Below are positions 24,631 to 33,969 of a stretch of 42,208 nucleotides of DNA, piece after piece. A model generated the notes under the pieces. It saw only the letters and a list, made by a program, of their open reading frames with translations. It did not search any database and was not told the DNA's origin. The position numbers and the translations under genes are program-made. Source of the DNA: an uncultured Thermodesulfobacteriota bacterium (GTDB lineage Bacteria > Desulfobacterota > WTBG01). The DNA lies in NCBI GenBank assembly GCA_964632275.1, contig CAZWCD010000002.1, forward strand, positions 1 to 42,208, read 5' to 3'. How positions within the stretch are numbered: the first letter of the stretch is position 1; the number at the start of each line of letters is the position of its first letter.

Positions 24631-25737
24631 ATGAACATATGTCAAGTGCTGCTTTCGCGGGGCATGGGAGGCGCAGAAAATGTGGTTAAGAATCTGTCCG
24701 CGAATTTAGCCGCGAGTGGTCATAAGGTAACAGTTGTCATTAGCGAAGAACTGCAGCGTCATTTCACGAGAATCCCAGGATTAAACGTGCTTTGTATTGG
24801 TAAAATCGATTCGGGTGATCGCACGCGCCTACAGGGATACAGATGGGTTACTTTATTAAAAACACTTTGTCTTTATTATAAAAATGATTTTGACCTGCTA
24901 CACGTACATTTACCGCAGGCTTTGCTCTTGATTGCGGCAGTCCGCAAGTTTTTACAGGTACCCATTATCTTTACTATACATGGAGATATGGGCTTATCAA
25001 TTAAGGAAGATTCTCCGTGGCAAAAAGATCAGCTCATACAAAGCCTAAAACAAGTGGATTTCTTCACGTCTGCCTGCATGTATTTTTTTAAATTGCTTGC
25101 TGAATGTGGCATTGATATTAAAGAGCGGGGAAAGGTGATTCCCAATGGTATAGATGTATCGTTACCTCGATCTGTTGAGCCAATGTCACTCAAGGGTGAT
25201 TTTAAAATAGGATTTTGGGGTGGGGATAGATACCTTAAGGGCGGAGATATCTTGATTCAGGCGCTGCCGAACCTTGTAGAAAGCATTCCGGGGGTAATGT
25301 TATATGTGTTGCGAGAAACATCAAACAAAGGGTTCATCGCGCGGTTTGCGAGAGAGAATCATTTGGAAAAATATGTGAGTTTTGTTGGCGAGGTTGATTT
25401 TAAAACGTATTGCACCTATGTAAAATCTGTGGACATGGTTGTGCTGCCTTCTCGAACAGAGGGTATCGCAATGTCATTGCTTGAAGATATGGCAATGGGG
25501 CGATCAATTGTGGCAACCGATGTTGGGGGAACTGCTGAACTGTTGCATCATGGAAGGAATGCCTTGCTCGTCCAACCACATCCTGATGACGTGGCGTTGG
25601 CTATTATTCGTCTCTTTGAAGATAAAAAACTCAGAGATGAGATGGAAAGGAATAATCTGCACGATGTGCATCGTTTTCAATGGAATGCAATCGCTGATGA
25701 GTATGTCCACTTTTATGAGAACATTCTACAGAACTAA
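24631..25737 (+). CDS. Glycosyltransferase family 4
   Basis: 368 aa with GMGGAENVVKNL, then EGIAMSLLEDMAMGRSIVATDVGGTAELLHHGRNALLV. RBS AGAGGGAG. Confidence 0.85.
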   Translation: MNICQVLLSRGMGGAENVVKNLSANLAASGHKVTVVISEELQRHFTRIPGLNVLCIGKIDSGDRTRLQGYRWVTLLKTLCLYYKNDFDLLHVHLPQALLLIAAVRKFLQVPIIFTIHGDMGLSIKEDSPWQKDQLIQSLKQVDFFTSACMYFFKLLAECGIDIKERGKVIPNGIDVSLPRSVEPMSLKGDFKIGFWGGDRYLKGGDILIQALPNLVESIPGVMLYVLRETSNKGFIARFARENHLEKYVSFVGEVDFKTYCTYVKSVDMVVLPSRTEGIAMSLLEDMAMGRSIVATDVGGTAELLHHGRNALLVQPHPDDVALAIIRLFEDKKLRDEMERNNLHDVHRFQWNAIADEYVHFYENILQN

Positions 25738-25873
25738 GTACAGGTGTGCGATCCATTACCGGTAGACGTAAGCGATCATCCTAACAGAATTCTCTAAATT
25801 ATTTGGCAGCAAGATTAGTGGGTGTGGTGACGTCTATACGGAAACAACTAATGATGAGAATTGTACTAAGACA

Positions 25874-27682
25874 ATGTGTGGTATTATTGGTCACTTAAGC
25901 ACAAGACCGGTTGCGGGTGATATATTCAAAAGGATGCGTGACCAGCTGATTCACCGGGGGCCCGACGGCGAGGGTGTCTCTTTTTTTGCGGACGGCTGCA
26001 TCGCCCTGGGACATCGCAGGCTTGCCATTATCGACCTCTCGGAGAACGGCAAACAGCCCATGTGCAATGAAGACGCCAGCATCTGGGTTACCTGCAACGG
26101 GGAAATATACAATTACAAAGAACTGCGATCACAATTACAGGCAAAGGGCCATCGTTTCATCTCGCAATCGGATACCGAGGTGCTCGTGCACGGTTATGAG
26201 GAGTGGGGTGAACAGTGCGTTGAACGGCTCAGAGGCATGTTTGCATTCGGCATCTGGGATGATGCCCAAAAAAAACTGATCCTGGCAAGGGACCACTTCG
26301 GCATAAAACCGCTGTATTACTACCAGGACACGTTGCAGTTTATCTTTGCCTCAGAGCTCAAGGCTATTATAGCCTGCCCACAGGTCCAGCGAACGCTCAA
26401 TACCCAGGCCATGTGTGACTTCTTTTTTTATCGGTACATTCCCTCTCCACGAACCATCTGGGAGGGGATGTTTAAACTGCCGCCTGCGTCACTCCTCACA
26501 TACCGGGAGGGGAACTGCACGATCAGGAGGTATTGGACGCCTTCCTTTGAGTCAGTGCCGGCGCGTGCAGATACTGTCTTAGACGATCTCGCCGCTGCAC
26601 TTGCCGATTCGGTAAAGATGCATATGGTAAGCGATGTCCCGGTGGGCCTTCTTTTAAGTGGCGGACTGGATTCAAGCGCCATCGCATACCTCATGCGCCA
26701 TGAAGACAGCAGGGGAGCAGCCTTTAGTGCCGGGTTTGCAGTAGAAGACGAGTGGTACAACGAATTACCCGACGCACGACTGGTGGCAGATCACTGCTCG
26801 ATGGAGTTGCATGAGGAAATGGTCAAACCGGACATCTGGGAGCTTTTACCGCGCCTCAGCTGGTTCTATGACGAACCCTTTGGCGACGGCTCCCTGTTTC
26901 CAAGCTACCTGGTGTCAAAGCTTGCCAGAAAGCACATGAAAGTGGCCCTGGGAGGGGAGGGGGGCGATGAACTTTTCGCGGGCTATAACCGCTATTTTGA
27001 ATCTTCGACGGGCGAGAAGACCGGGGCATGCATTGGCCGATTGGGAGCAGCACTGGGAGTGATCGCAAAGCAAAAGGAGACTAGGGCATACCAGAAGCGC
27101 ATGCATCCGTTAATGGAGGTAAAGGATCTGAAGCAGCTGCTTCATGCCGACCTGCATGCCGGGATCGATCATCATCAGGAATGGTTTCTGGATCAGCATT
27201 ACCGGCGTGATTTGACCGGTCCCCGGAAATGGCAGGCGCTCGATTTCTTCACCATTCTTCCCGAGCAGTATCTGACCAAGGTGGACAGGGCGAGCATGGC
27301 AAACTCCTTGGAACTGCGAGTGCCCTTCCTTGACAGACCGCTGGTTGATGCCGTCTTTGCCCTTCCGGCTGAAACGGTTGCGCCGGAGAGCGAAAGAAAA
27401 TATATGCTCAAGAATCTGATGAAGGGAAAGCTGCCTGAAAGAACGCTCGCCAAGAAAAAGCGCGGATTCAGCATCCCGCTCGACCGATTCTTCAATGAGA
27501 ACATGCTTGCCAATGCATTGCGGGACGGAGAGGGTGTGAAAAGCGGATTGATCAGCAAGGACTACATCGGCGAACTTGCAGGCCAGGCGAACGGTGTTGC
27601 GCTGAATCGTTTATGGCAGATGGCCCTTTTTGATGCCTGGTACACACGATGGGCCCATCCCTCATTTGGTGACGCTGCATGA
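25874..27682 (+). CDS. Asparagine synthase (glutamine-hydrolysing) family amidotransferase (AsnB/WbpS-like)
   Basis: 602 aa. N-terminal nucleophile MCGIIG, GHRRLAIIDLS, and PP-loop LLSGGLDSS. Confidence 0.88.
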   Translation: MCGIIGHLSTRPVAGDIFKRMRDQLIHRGPDGEGVSFFADGCIALGHRRLAIIDLSENGKQPMCNEDASIWVTCNGEIYNYKELRSQLQAKGHRFISQSDTEVLVHGYEEWGEQCVERLRGMFAFGIWDDAQKKLILARDHFGIKPLYYYQDTLQFIFASELKAIIACPQVQRTLNTQAMCDFFFYRYIPSPRTIWEGMFKLPPASLLTYREGNCTIRRYWTPSFESVPARADTVLDDLAAALADSVKMHMVSDVPVGLLLSGGLDSSAIAYLMRHEDSRGAAFSAGFAVEDEWYNELPDARLVADHCSMELHEEMVKPDIWELLPRLSWFYDEPFGDGSLFPSYLVSKLARKHMKVALGGEGGDELFAGYNRYFESSTGEKTGACIGRLGAALGVIAKQKETRAYQKRMHPLMEVKDLKQLLHADLHAGIDHHQEWFLDQHYRRDLTGPRKWQALDFFTILPEQYLTKVDRASMANSLELRVPFLDRPLVDAVFALPAETVAPESERKYMLKNLMKGKLPERTLAKKKRGFSIPLDRFFNENMLANALRDGEGVKSGLISKDYIGELAGQANGVALNRLWQMALFDAWYTRWAHPSFGDAA

Positions 27683-28527
27683 ACCGAACGGCTACCATCG
27701 CTGTCATAGCTTCACCGGGGCATTCAGGTCAGACCTGGCTCTCGCTTTTAATCGGATCCCATCCGGCGGCCCTGTCACTCGGTGAGATCGATGCGCTGTA
27801 CGGAATGCAGGACGTCAGCCAATCGTGCATGCTCTGTGGTGAAGGCTGTGAGTTCTGGGGCTCATTTAATAAGGTCTGGAAGCAGGAAGAGAATATATTC
27901 CTGCAGCTGGCTGATTTTAGCGGAGCGCGCATCCTTTCTCTCAGCAAGGTGGAGAAGTTCCGCGGTCAGTTGCTGGATGCACGCATCAACCTTAAGCTCA
28001 TACGCCTGTTGCGTGATGGACGGGCGGTTACCGCGAGCTACGCTCGAAAATACCCATCACGGCAGTATGATGATATCGTTACGGCGTGGGCGAACAGCGC
28101 ACGTGAAAACGACCGCTGGTTTCTGCAAATCCCGCCCGAAGATCGAATTGTGATTAGTTATGAGAATCTGGTTGAGCATACTTCTGCAACAATTCGTTAT
28201 ATATGTTCATTTTTAGATATTGATTATCGTGATTCCATGATTGAATACTGGAAGATACAGCACCATATAGTAGATGGAAATCGGGGAACCCTTTCATTTG
28301 TTCAGCGCTATTTTGGGAAAGAAAGCAGCCCGAAGGATAAGGCATTTTATAACAGCCAGGATCCTGCAGCCTTTCGTGATGAGCGCTGGAAACGTGAACT
28401 GACCTTAGACCAGCTCAATCAATTCTGGAAAATCGCGGGCGATCTTAACCGCTTGTATGGTTATGATGGTCGCGACGGTGCTAGCGGCGGCGAGGAGATG
28501 GCGCAGGCATACCGGCGAATGACATAG
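27679..28527 (+). CDS. Sulfotransferase family protein
   Basis: 282 aa. 5'-PSB-like loop ASPGHSGQTWL, 3'-PB-like LLRDGRAVTASY, and YENLVEHTSATIRYICSFLDIDY. ATGA overlap with the asnB-like gene. Confidence 0.7.
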   Translation: MNRTATIAVIASPGHSGQTWLSLLIGSHPAALSLGEIDALYGMQDVSQSCMLCGEGCEFWGSFNKVWKQEENIFLQLADFSGARILSLSKVEKFRGQLLDARINLKLIRLLRDGRAVTASYARKYPSRQYDDIVTAWANSARENDRWFLQIPPEDRIVISYENLVEHTSATIRYICSFLDIDYRDSMIEYWKIQHHIVDGNRGTLSFVQRYFGKESSPKDKAFYNSQDPAAFRDERWKRELTLDQLNQFWKIAGDLNRLYGYDGRDGASGGEEMAQAYRRMT

Positions 28528-28550
28528 AAGAACAATAAAAAGAAAACAGG

Positions 28551-29711
28551 ATGAAGCTCCTCTACATTTCTCAGGGAAACATACCATCCAAATGGGCGCA
28601 CACCTTCCAGGCCATGAAAATGGCTGATGCCCTTGCCGGCGAAGTTGATGCGCTGACACTCCTTACGTCGAGAGGGCTTCTGCCGGGAGGCTACGAAAGA
28701 CCGGATTGCGCTGAATGGTATGGCACCGGAAATCGCTTTCCCATGGTGCGTCTGCCAGTTTTCTGGAAATTAGATGATCCTTTCATCACCTGGTGGAAAT
28801 CTCCCCGCTTTGACCGCGCCGCCGCTCTCTATGCCAGGGCAACATCACCGGATATGGTGTACACCAGGTCAGCGTATGCCGGGCGGCTGTGCGTGAACTT
28901 TGGTCTGAAAACAGTCATTGAGCTGCACATGGGCGGAGAACAGTCAGAGCTGCATCACATTCTTGCAGTTGCGCATAACCCGAAGCTGCTCGGTGTGGTT
29001 ACCATCACTCCGGCACTGGAGCGCCTGTATGTAAACTCGGGAATTCCGGCGGAAAAAATTTTTCTGTGGCCTGATGCGGTTGATGCCGCTGCCTTTGACC
29101 TGCAGCCCGACGGGGAGCTATTGAGGAGGCGGCTCAATCTGCCGCAGGATCGGCCAATTGCAACCTACTGCGGTCATTTGTATCGCAACCGGGGGATTGA
29201 AGAAATCCTGGAGTGCGCACGGGAACTACCGTCGGTTTTGTTCCTTATGATCGGCGGCTGGGATGAGGACATCACCAGGATCAGGGCAGATGCCACCTCA
29301 CTCAGCAATGTTGTCTTTACCGGCTTTCTGCCGAACCGTCAGGTGCCCGCTTACCTTAAGGCAAGCGATCTCCTGCTCATGCCCTATCCGTCAACCTGTG
29401 AAACTGCGGCATGGATGTCTCCCCTGAAGCTTTTTGAATATATGGCGGCAGGCCGCGTCATTGTGGCAACCGATCTTCCGGCGATCCGGATGCATTTGGA
29501 GCACGGACGCAATGCGCACCTGGTCTCGTCCGGCGACGCCGCGGGCATGGCGGATGCAATCAGATGCATCATACGTGACGGCGACTACGCGCACCGTCTT
29601 GGACAGACTGCCCGCAGTGACGTTGCACCCTATACCTGGCATAATCGAGCCCGTGCTGTCATGGCACGCTTTGGCAGCGCGGCCGAGGCAGGCGTGAGGG
29701 CACTCGCATGA
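28551..29711 (+). CDS. Glycosyltransferase family 4-like (GT-B)
   Basis: 386 aa: MKLLYISQGNIPSKWAHTFQ..., then SPLKLFEYMAAGRVIVATDLPAIRMHLEHGRNAHLV. Confidence 0.75.
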   Translation: MKLLYISQGNIPSKWAHTFQAMKMADALAGEVDALTLLTSRGLLPGGYERPDCAEWYGTGNRFPMVRLPVFWKLDDPFITWWKSPRFDRAAALYARATSPDMVYTRSAYAGRLCVNFGLKTVIELHMGGEQSELHHILAVAHNPKLLGVVTITPALERLYVNSGIPAEKIFLWPDAVDAAAFDLQPDGELLRRRLNLPQDRPIATYCGHLYRNRGIEEILECARELPSVLFLMIGGWDEDITRIRADATSLSNVVFTGFLPNRQVPAYLKASDLLLMPYPSTCETAAWMSPLKLFEYMAAGRVIVATDLPAIRMHLEHGRNAHLVSSGDAAGMADAIRCIIRDGDYAHRLGQTARSDVAPYTWHNRARAVMARFGSAAEAGVRALA

Positions 29712-30967
29712 GGATAGGCTTCCTGACGCCGGAATTTGTTACCGAGCGCTATTTCAGCGGCGGCCTCGCGAATTATGTGTACCGCATCGCGCGGGCGCTG
29801 GTCAGCAGGGGGCATGAAGTACATGTCATAACCTTCTCCGAGGAGAAGCCGGCGGAGTTCGATTACAAGGGCATAGGGGTATGCCGGATCAAGCTCAACC
29901 AGAACATGATCGCATGGCTCAACCGGCTCAGTTTTTCGAAGCTGCGCTCAAGCATGAAGCTGCTCGCGCTGAGCTGGGAGTTTTATAAAAAACTCAGGGA
30001 ATTGCATCGCCGGCATCCCTTCGATCTGGTGCAATATCCCAATTATAACTCCGGCGGTCTGGTTGCAAGCATATTGCTTGATGTGCCGTTCGTTCTTCGC
30101 ATTTCAACCTACACGCCGGCGTGGCACGAATGCCTGGGAGTGAAGCGAACCCCTGACATGAGAACCGTGGAGCGGCTGGAGCGGCTGCAGCTGCAGATGA
30201 GCAAAAACATTTATGCCCCGAGCAAGACCCTTAAACGCATGCTGGAGGAGCGTGCCTCAGCCCGAAACGTTGGGGTGGTAAGGACGCCTTTTTTTATCGA
30301 GACCGAATCGTGGGACAGCTCGCTTTATGCCAAAGAGCTGCAGGGCAAACCGTATCTTCTGTTCTTCGGCAGGTTCCAGCTTCACAAGGGCATTCACATC
30401 CTGGCGCAGGCGCTGCCCCAATTTTTTAAAAATAATGAAGGATGTTCGGCGGTATGTGCCGGCCTGGACCTGGCCACGCCCCTGGCCCCTTCAATGCGAA
30501 ACTATGTCTCTGCAATCTGCGGTGAGTATGCGGACAGGCTGATCTTCCTGGGCCAGATTCCGCATGAACAGCTCTATCCGGTTATCAGCGGGGCACGCCT
30601 GGTAGTCCTCCCCTCGCTTATTGATAATCTGCCCAACGCATGCCTTGAAGCGATGGCGCTGGGAAAAGCGGTGGTGGGGACGCGGGGCGCCAGCTTTGAG
30701 GAAATGATCCGGGATGGAGAGACCGGGTTTCTGGTCCCTGCCGGCGATGCCGGAGCGCTTGCTGATACGCTTTGTGCCGCCTGGCGGGAGCCTCGGCTTG
30801 ACGAGATTGGCCGCGCCGCCGCCGCTGCGGTTCAGGCGTATGCGCCGGAAGAGACGGTTCAGGCGTTTCTCGACTATGCGCAGGGGGTTATAAGTCGGCG
30901 CCGAACCGGCAGTGAATCTCGAAGGAGCCGGGCAGAGGAATTGTGTGCCCGGAAACACAGCGTATGA
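29708..30967 (+). CDS. Glycosyltransferase family 4
   Basis: 419 aa: MRIGFLTPEFVTERYFSGGLANYVYRIARAL, then DNLPNACLEAMALGKAVVGTRGASFEEMIRDGETGFLV. ATGA overlap upstream. Confidence 0.85.
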   Translation: MRIGFLTPEFVTERYFSGGLANYVYRIARALVSRGHEVHVITFSEEKPAEFDYKGIGVCRIKLNQNMIAWLNRLSFSKLRSSMKLLALSWEFYKKLRELHRRHPFDLVQYPNYNSGGLVASILLDVPFVLRISTYTPAWHECLGVKRTPDMRTVERLERLQLQMSKNIYAPSKTLKRMLEERASARNVGVVRTPFFIETESWDSSLYAKELQGKPYLLFFGRFQLHKGIHILAQALPQFFKNNEGCSAVCAGLDLATPLAPSMRNYVSAICGEYADRLIFLGQIPHEQLYPVISGARLVVLPSLIDNLPNACLEAMALGKAVVGTRGASFEEMIRDGETGFLVPAGDAGALADTLCAAWREPRLDEIGRAAAAAVQAYAPEETVQAFLDYAQGVISRRRTGSESRRSRAEELCARKHSV

Positions 30968-31752
30968 CTGTAACCACCATGACTTCGATACAGCGCGTTA
31001 TCTTTGCTGCGCGGGTGCTGAAGAGTATGCTCGGCCTGCCGGTCAGCTACCGTGACCACGAGTTTTCATATGTAAAGGGGCGTGCGGACTGGTCCCGGAT
31101 GCCCGCGCAGCGGATCAGCCTTTTGAGCAACCTTTTTTGCACGGATGCCGATGCAATCAAGGCCTACGTCAATGAAGCAGAGGCCATAGAACTAGAAGAA
31201 AGGGATTGTGCATGTCTGGACAATGCGACCGCAATCGGCAACCCCATGGGTACAACCGACCGGATTACCCTGTATGCGGTAATCCGTATCTGTAAGCCAC
31301 ATGTAGCAGTTGAGACGGGCAGTGCCGCCGGGGCCTCGGCGACCTATATGCTTTCCGCCATGGAGAAAAACGACCGCGGCATCCTGTATTCAATTGACGC
31401 TGCCGCCGATCCTTCCCATCTGGGCTGCCTGGTGCCGGTAGCGCTGCGCGCAAGGCTCAAGCTCCGGCACGGCAACAGCCTTGCGCTTATACCGGAGATT
31501 GCAGGTGAAGCGGGCGCTATTGATTTTTTCTTGCATGACAGCCTGCACACCTATGCGCACATGACGGCGGAATATGAACTTTTCTACCGGCATATGGCAA
31601 CGTCCGGCGGCGTCATCTGCTCCCATGATATTCTCATGTCAAACGCCTGGGATCATTTTATGCAGCGACATCGGTTAAAAAGCTGGGGAGCTTTGAAAAA
31701 CCTGGGTGTTTGCAGGGTCGGGAACCCTGCAGGAAGCGGCAGCCATCAATAA
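30964..31752 (+). CDS. Class I methyltransferase-fold protein (Methyltransf_24 / CmcI-like)
   Basis: ATG 30964 overlaps the upstream stop (ATGA). Motifs VAVETGSAAGASATYML and IDFFLHDSLHTYAHMTAEYELF. Confidence 0.55.
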   Translation: MTVTTMTSIQRVIFAARVLKSMLGLPVSYRDHEFSYVKGRADWSRMPAQRISLLSNLFCTDADAIKAYVNEAEAIELEERDCACLDNATAIGNPMGTTDRITLYAVIRICKPHVAVETGSAAGASATYMLSAMEKNDRGILYSIDAAADPSHLGCLVPVALRARLKLRHGNSLALIPEIAGEAGAIDFFLHDSLHTYAHMTAEYELFYRHMATSGGVICSHDILMSNAWDHFMQRHRLKSWGALKNLGVCRVGNPAGSGSHQ

Positions 31753-31791
31753 TCGCCACCAGCCTTGAATTGCCGGGCTACAGGATATTCC

Positions 31792-32973
31792 ATGCAAGGC
31801 ATAGGCGGTCAAAAACCGCTGGTGAGTGTGATTATTCCAACCTATAACCGCGTCCATATGATCGCGCGGTGTTTGGATAGCGTGCAGGCACAGACATTCA
31901 AGGATTATGAAATTATCGTGGTTGATGACGGAAGCACTGATGCCACCCGTGATTTTTTGCGAAGGACGTATGGAGATCGCATAAGGTACATTGCGCACTC
32001 AACAAACAAAGGATTGTCGGCAGCCCGCAATACCGGGATCGAGCATGCAACGGGAAGGTATATTGCCGTGCTCGATGATGACGACTCGTGGCTTCCGGAA
32101 AAGCTGGCGCTTCAGGTAGATCTGATGCAAGCGAATCCGGACGTTGTATTGGCCTATTGTGGAACCTTGAAGGTCGATTGCCAGGGAGAACTGCTCGAGG
32201 AAGTAAAGCCCGAAATGAGGGGCCATATATTCGCAGAAATGCTCAATCGAAATTGTCTCAAGGGGCCGGCCTCGGTTGCGATCTTCGCCCGAGAGGTTCT
32301 CGGGGCAAGCGGCGTTTTTGATACCAGCCTTTCTTCATGTGCTGATTGGGATCTGTGGCTTCGGATCGCCCGGTGCGGAAGGGTCGATTATGTAGACCGG
32401 CCGCTGGTCAAATACGTGATGCATCAGAGCAATATGAGTAGTAATATTCACTACATGGCGCGGGATACCTTTGCCATTCTCGACAAATACCTGCCGCTCC
32501 TGGAACAGGATAACGGTTCTGCGTATCCGGGTGATAGGATATACAGTAATCACCTGATTCACTTTGCCTGGGAATATTATGAGCAGCATAATCTAAAACA
32601 ATTCAGCGATCTGCTGCGTCAGGCCCTTGATCGGGATCCGGCCAACCGCATACCCATTCGAGGCGATTGCTTGCCGGAGAAGGAAACGGCGGTCATGGGT
32701 CTGTTGCGGGACTACTGGCGCAAAGCCGGTTCTGCACGGGGACGTCGACCGCGTTCGAGCGCATTCAGCGACCAGTATATCCAGCTTGCCTGGGAATATT
32801 ATCATCAGGGGAATATGGCGAAGTTCCGCCGGTGCATCGTCCTTGCGTGCGGATATGCTTTTCCTAACCTGCTGCTGCGGCTGGCAATTCCCTTTTTCAA
32901 ATCCTACATGGGAAAAGGGGTTGCCGAGTCCATACACGGGGCGCGCAGGCGTGTGCGCCATGCCGGTAATTAA
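31792..32973 (+). CDS. Glycosyltransferase family 2 with a C-terminal repeat-containing extension of about 150 aa
   Basis: VSVIIPTYNR...IIVVDDGSTD...LSAARNTG...AVLDDDD (GT-A DXD). The C-terminal half carries two copies of [FL]AWEYY[EH]Q. The track start (31765) is a TTG. Confidence 0.85.
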   Translation: MQGIGGQKPLVSVIIPTYNRVHMIARCLDSVQAQTFKDYEIIVVDDGSTDATRDFLRRTYGDRIRYIAHSTNKGLSAARNTGIEHATGRYIAVLDDDDSWLPEKLALQVDLMQANPDVVLAYCGTLKVDCQGELLEEVKPEMRGHIFAEMLNRNCLKGPASVAIFAREVLGASGVFDTSLSSCADWDLWLRIARCGRVDYVDRPLVKYVMHQSNMSSNIHYMARDTFAILDKYLPLLEQDNGSAYPGDRIYSNHLIHFAWEYYEQHNLKQFSDLLRQALDRDPANRIPIRGDCLPEKETAVMGLLRDYWRKAGSARGRRPRSSAFSDQYIQLAWEYYHQGNMAKFRRCIVLACGYAFPNLLLRLAIPFFKSYMGKGVAESIHGARRRVRHAGN

Positions 32974-33009
32974 TATACGCGGCCGGTCCGCTGCAGCATA
33001 ATTAGAGGT

Positions 33010-33969
33010 ATGGCCGCCACACAAACAGGACATTCGCGCATGTTATTCAGACGAAAAAATAGCGGAAAAAAAATTGCCGTGTGCCTGGGTGATGGCTGCG
33101 GGCTGGGCAATCTGCTGCAGGCGCTCCCGGCGGTTCAGGCACTGCATGAAGGCGGAAATATCTGTGATCTCTTTCTCTCCGGATTTGTGTATGACGGCAT
33201 TGCAGACGTGGTGCGGGGTCAGCCGTATGTGCGCGACATTTACGAAAACACCTATGAGAACCGGGAAGATATGTATGATGTTTGCATCGTATCCTTCCTC
33301 TCGGATCACCGGGTGGGAAATGCAAAACAATATGTAAAACTAAGGAGGGATTGGAAGAAGATATCGGAATATGGGCAGTACTGCCGTGCGGCGGAACAAT
33401 GCGGCGCAAAGGATTTCAAGCAACCCCGACTGAATGTTGCGGAACTGCGCTTTAACCTGGTGTTCCCAAGTGTGATGATTCACGCAGGATGCACCAACCG
33501 AACGTATTGGGAGCGACGAAAATGGAGCCATTATGCGGAGCTGGCGGACCTGCTGCTGAATGACGGATTCCATGTTTATTGCTGCGGGACGGCGGATGAA
33601 CAGGTCAATCACCCGGGAGTTGCGGCCTACACCAATCTTCCTATTCAGGAAACCGCGGCACTGATACAGCAATGTGATCTCTTTGTGTCAAACGACAGCG
33701 GGCTCATGCATTTGGCGGCCTCCCTGGGGAAAAAGCAGGTTGCCATATTCACTGCGACCAGCGATAAGAAAAGCGGACCCTACTACAATACTCACGCCCG
33801 GGTGGTACGGCCTGCCCTTGCCTGCTATCCCTGCTATGGCAACGATAAGGCATGGAATGAGTGTGCTCATTGGCAGTGCAGGGATGCAATAACCATATCG
33901 CAAATCCACGATCTGATCAGGAAGTTGGCGTCTGAAAAATCGCAGGGACCTGCAGCCGCACTGGTATGA
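33010..33969 (+). CDS. Glycosyltransferase family 9 (heptosyltransferase-like)
   Basis: 319 aa with LFVSNDSGLMHLAASLGKKQVAIF and C-terminal CYPCYGNDKAWNECAHWQC, as in WaaC/WaaF-type enzymes. RBS GAGGT. Confidence 0.75.
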   Translation: MAATQTGHSRMLFRRKNSGKKIAVCLGDGCGLGNLLQALPAVQALHEGGNICDLFLSGFVYDGIADVVRGQPYVRDIYENTYENREDMYDVCIVSFLSDHRVGNAKQYVKLRRDWKKISEYGQYCRAAEQCGAKDFKQPRLNVAELRFNLVFPSVMIHAGCTNRTYWERRKWSHYAELADLLLNDGFHVYCCGTADEQVNHPGVAAYTNLPIQETAALIQQCDLFVSNDSGLMHLAASLGKKQVAIFTATSDKKSGPYYNTHARVVRPALACYPCYGNDKAWNECAHWQCRDAITISQIHDLIRKLASEKSQGPAAALV

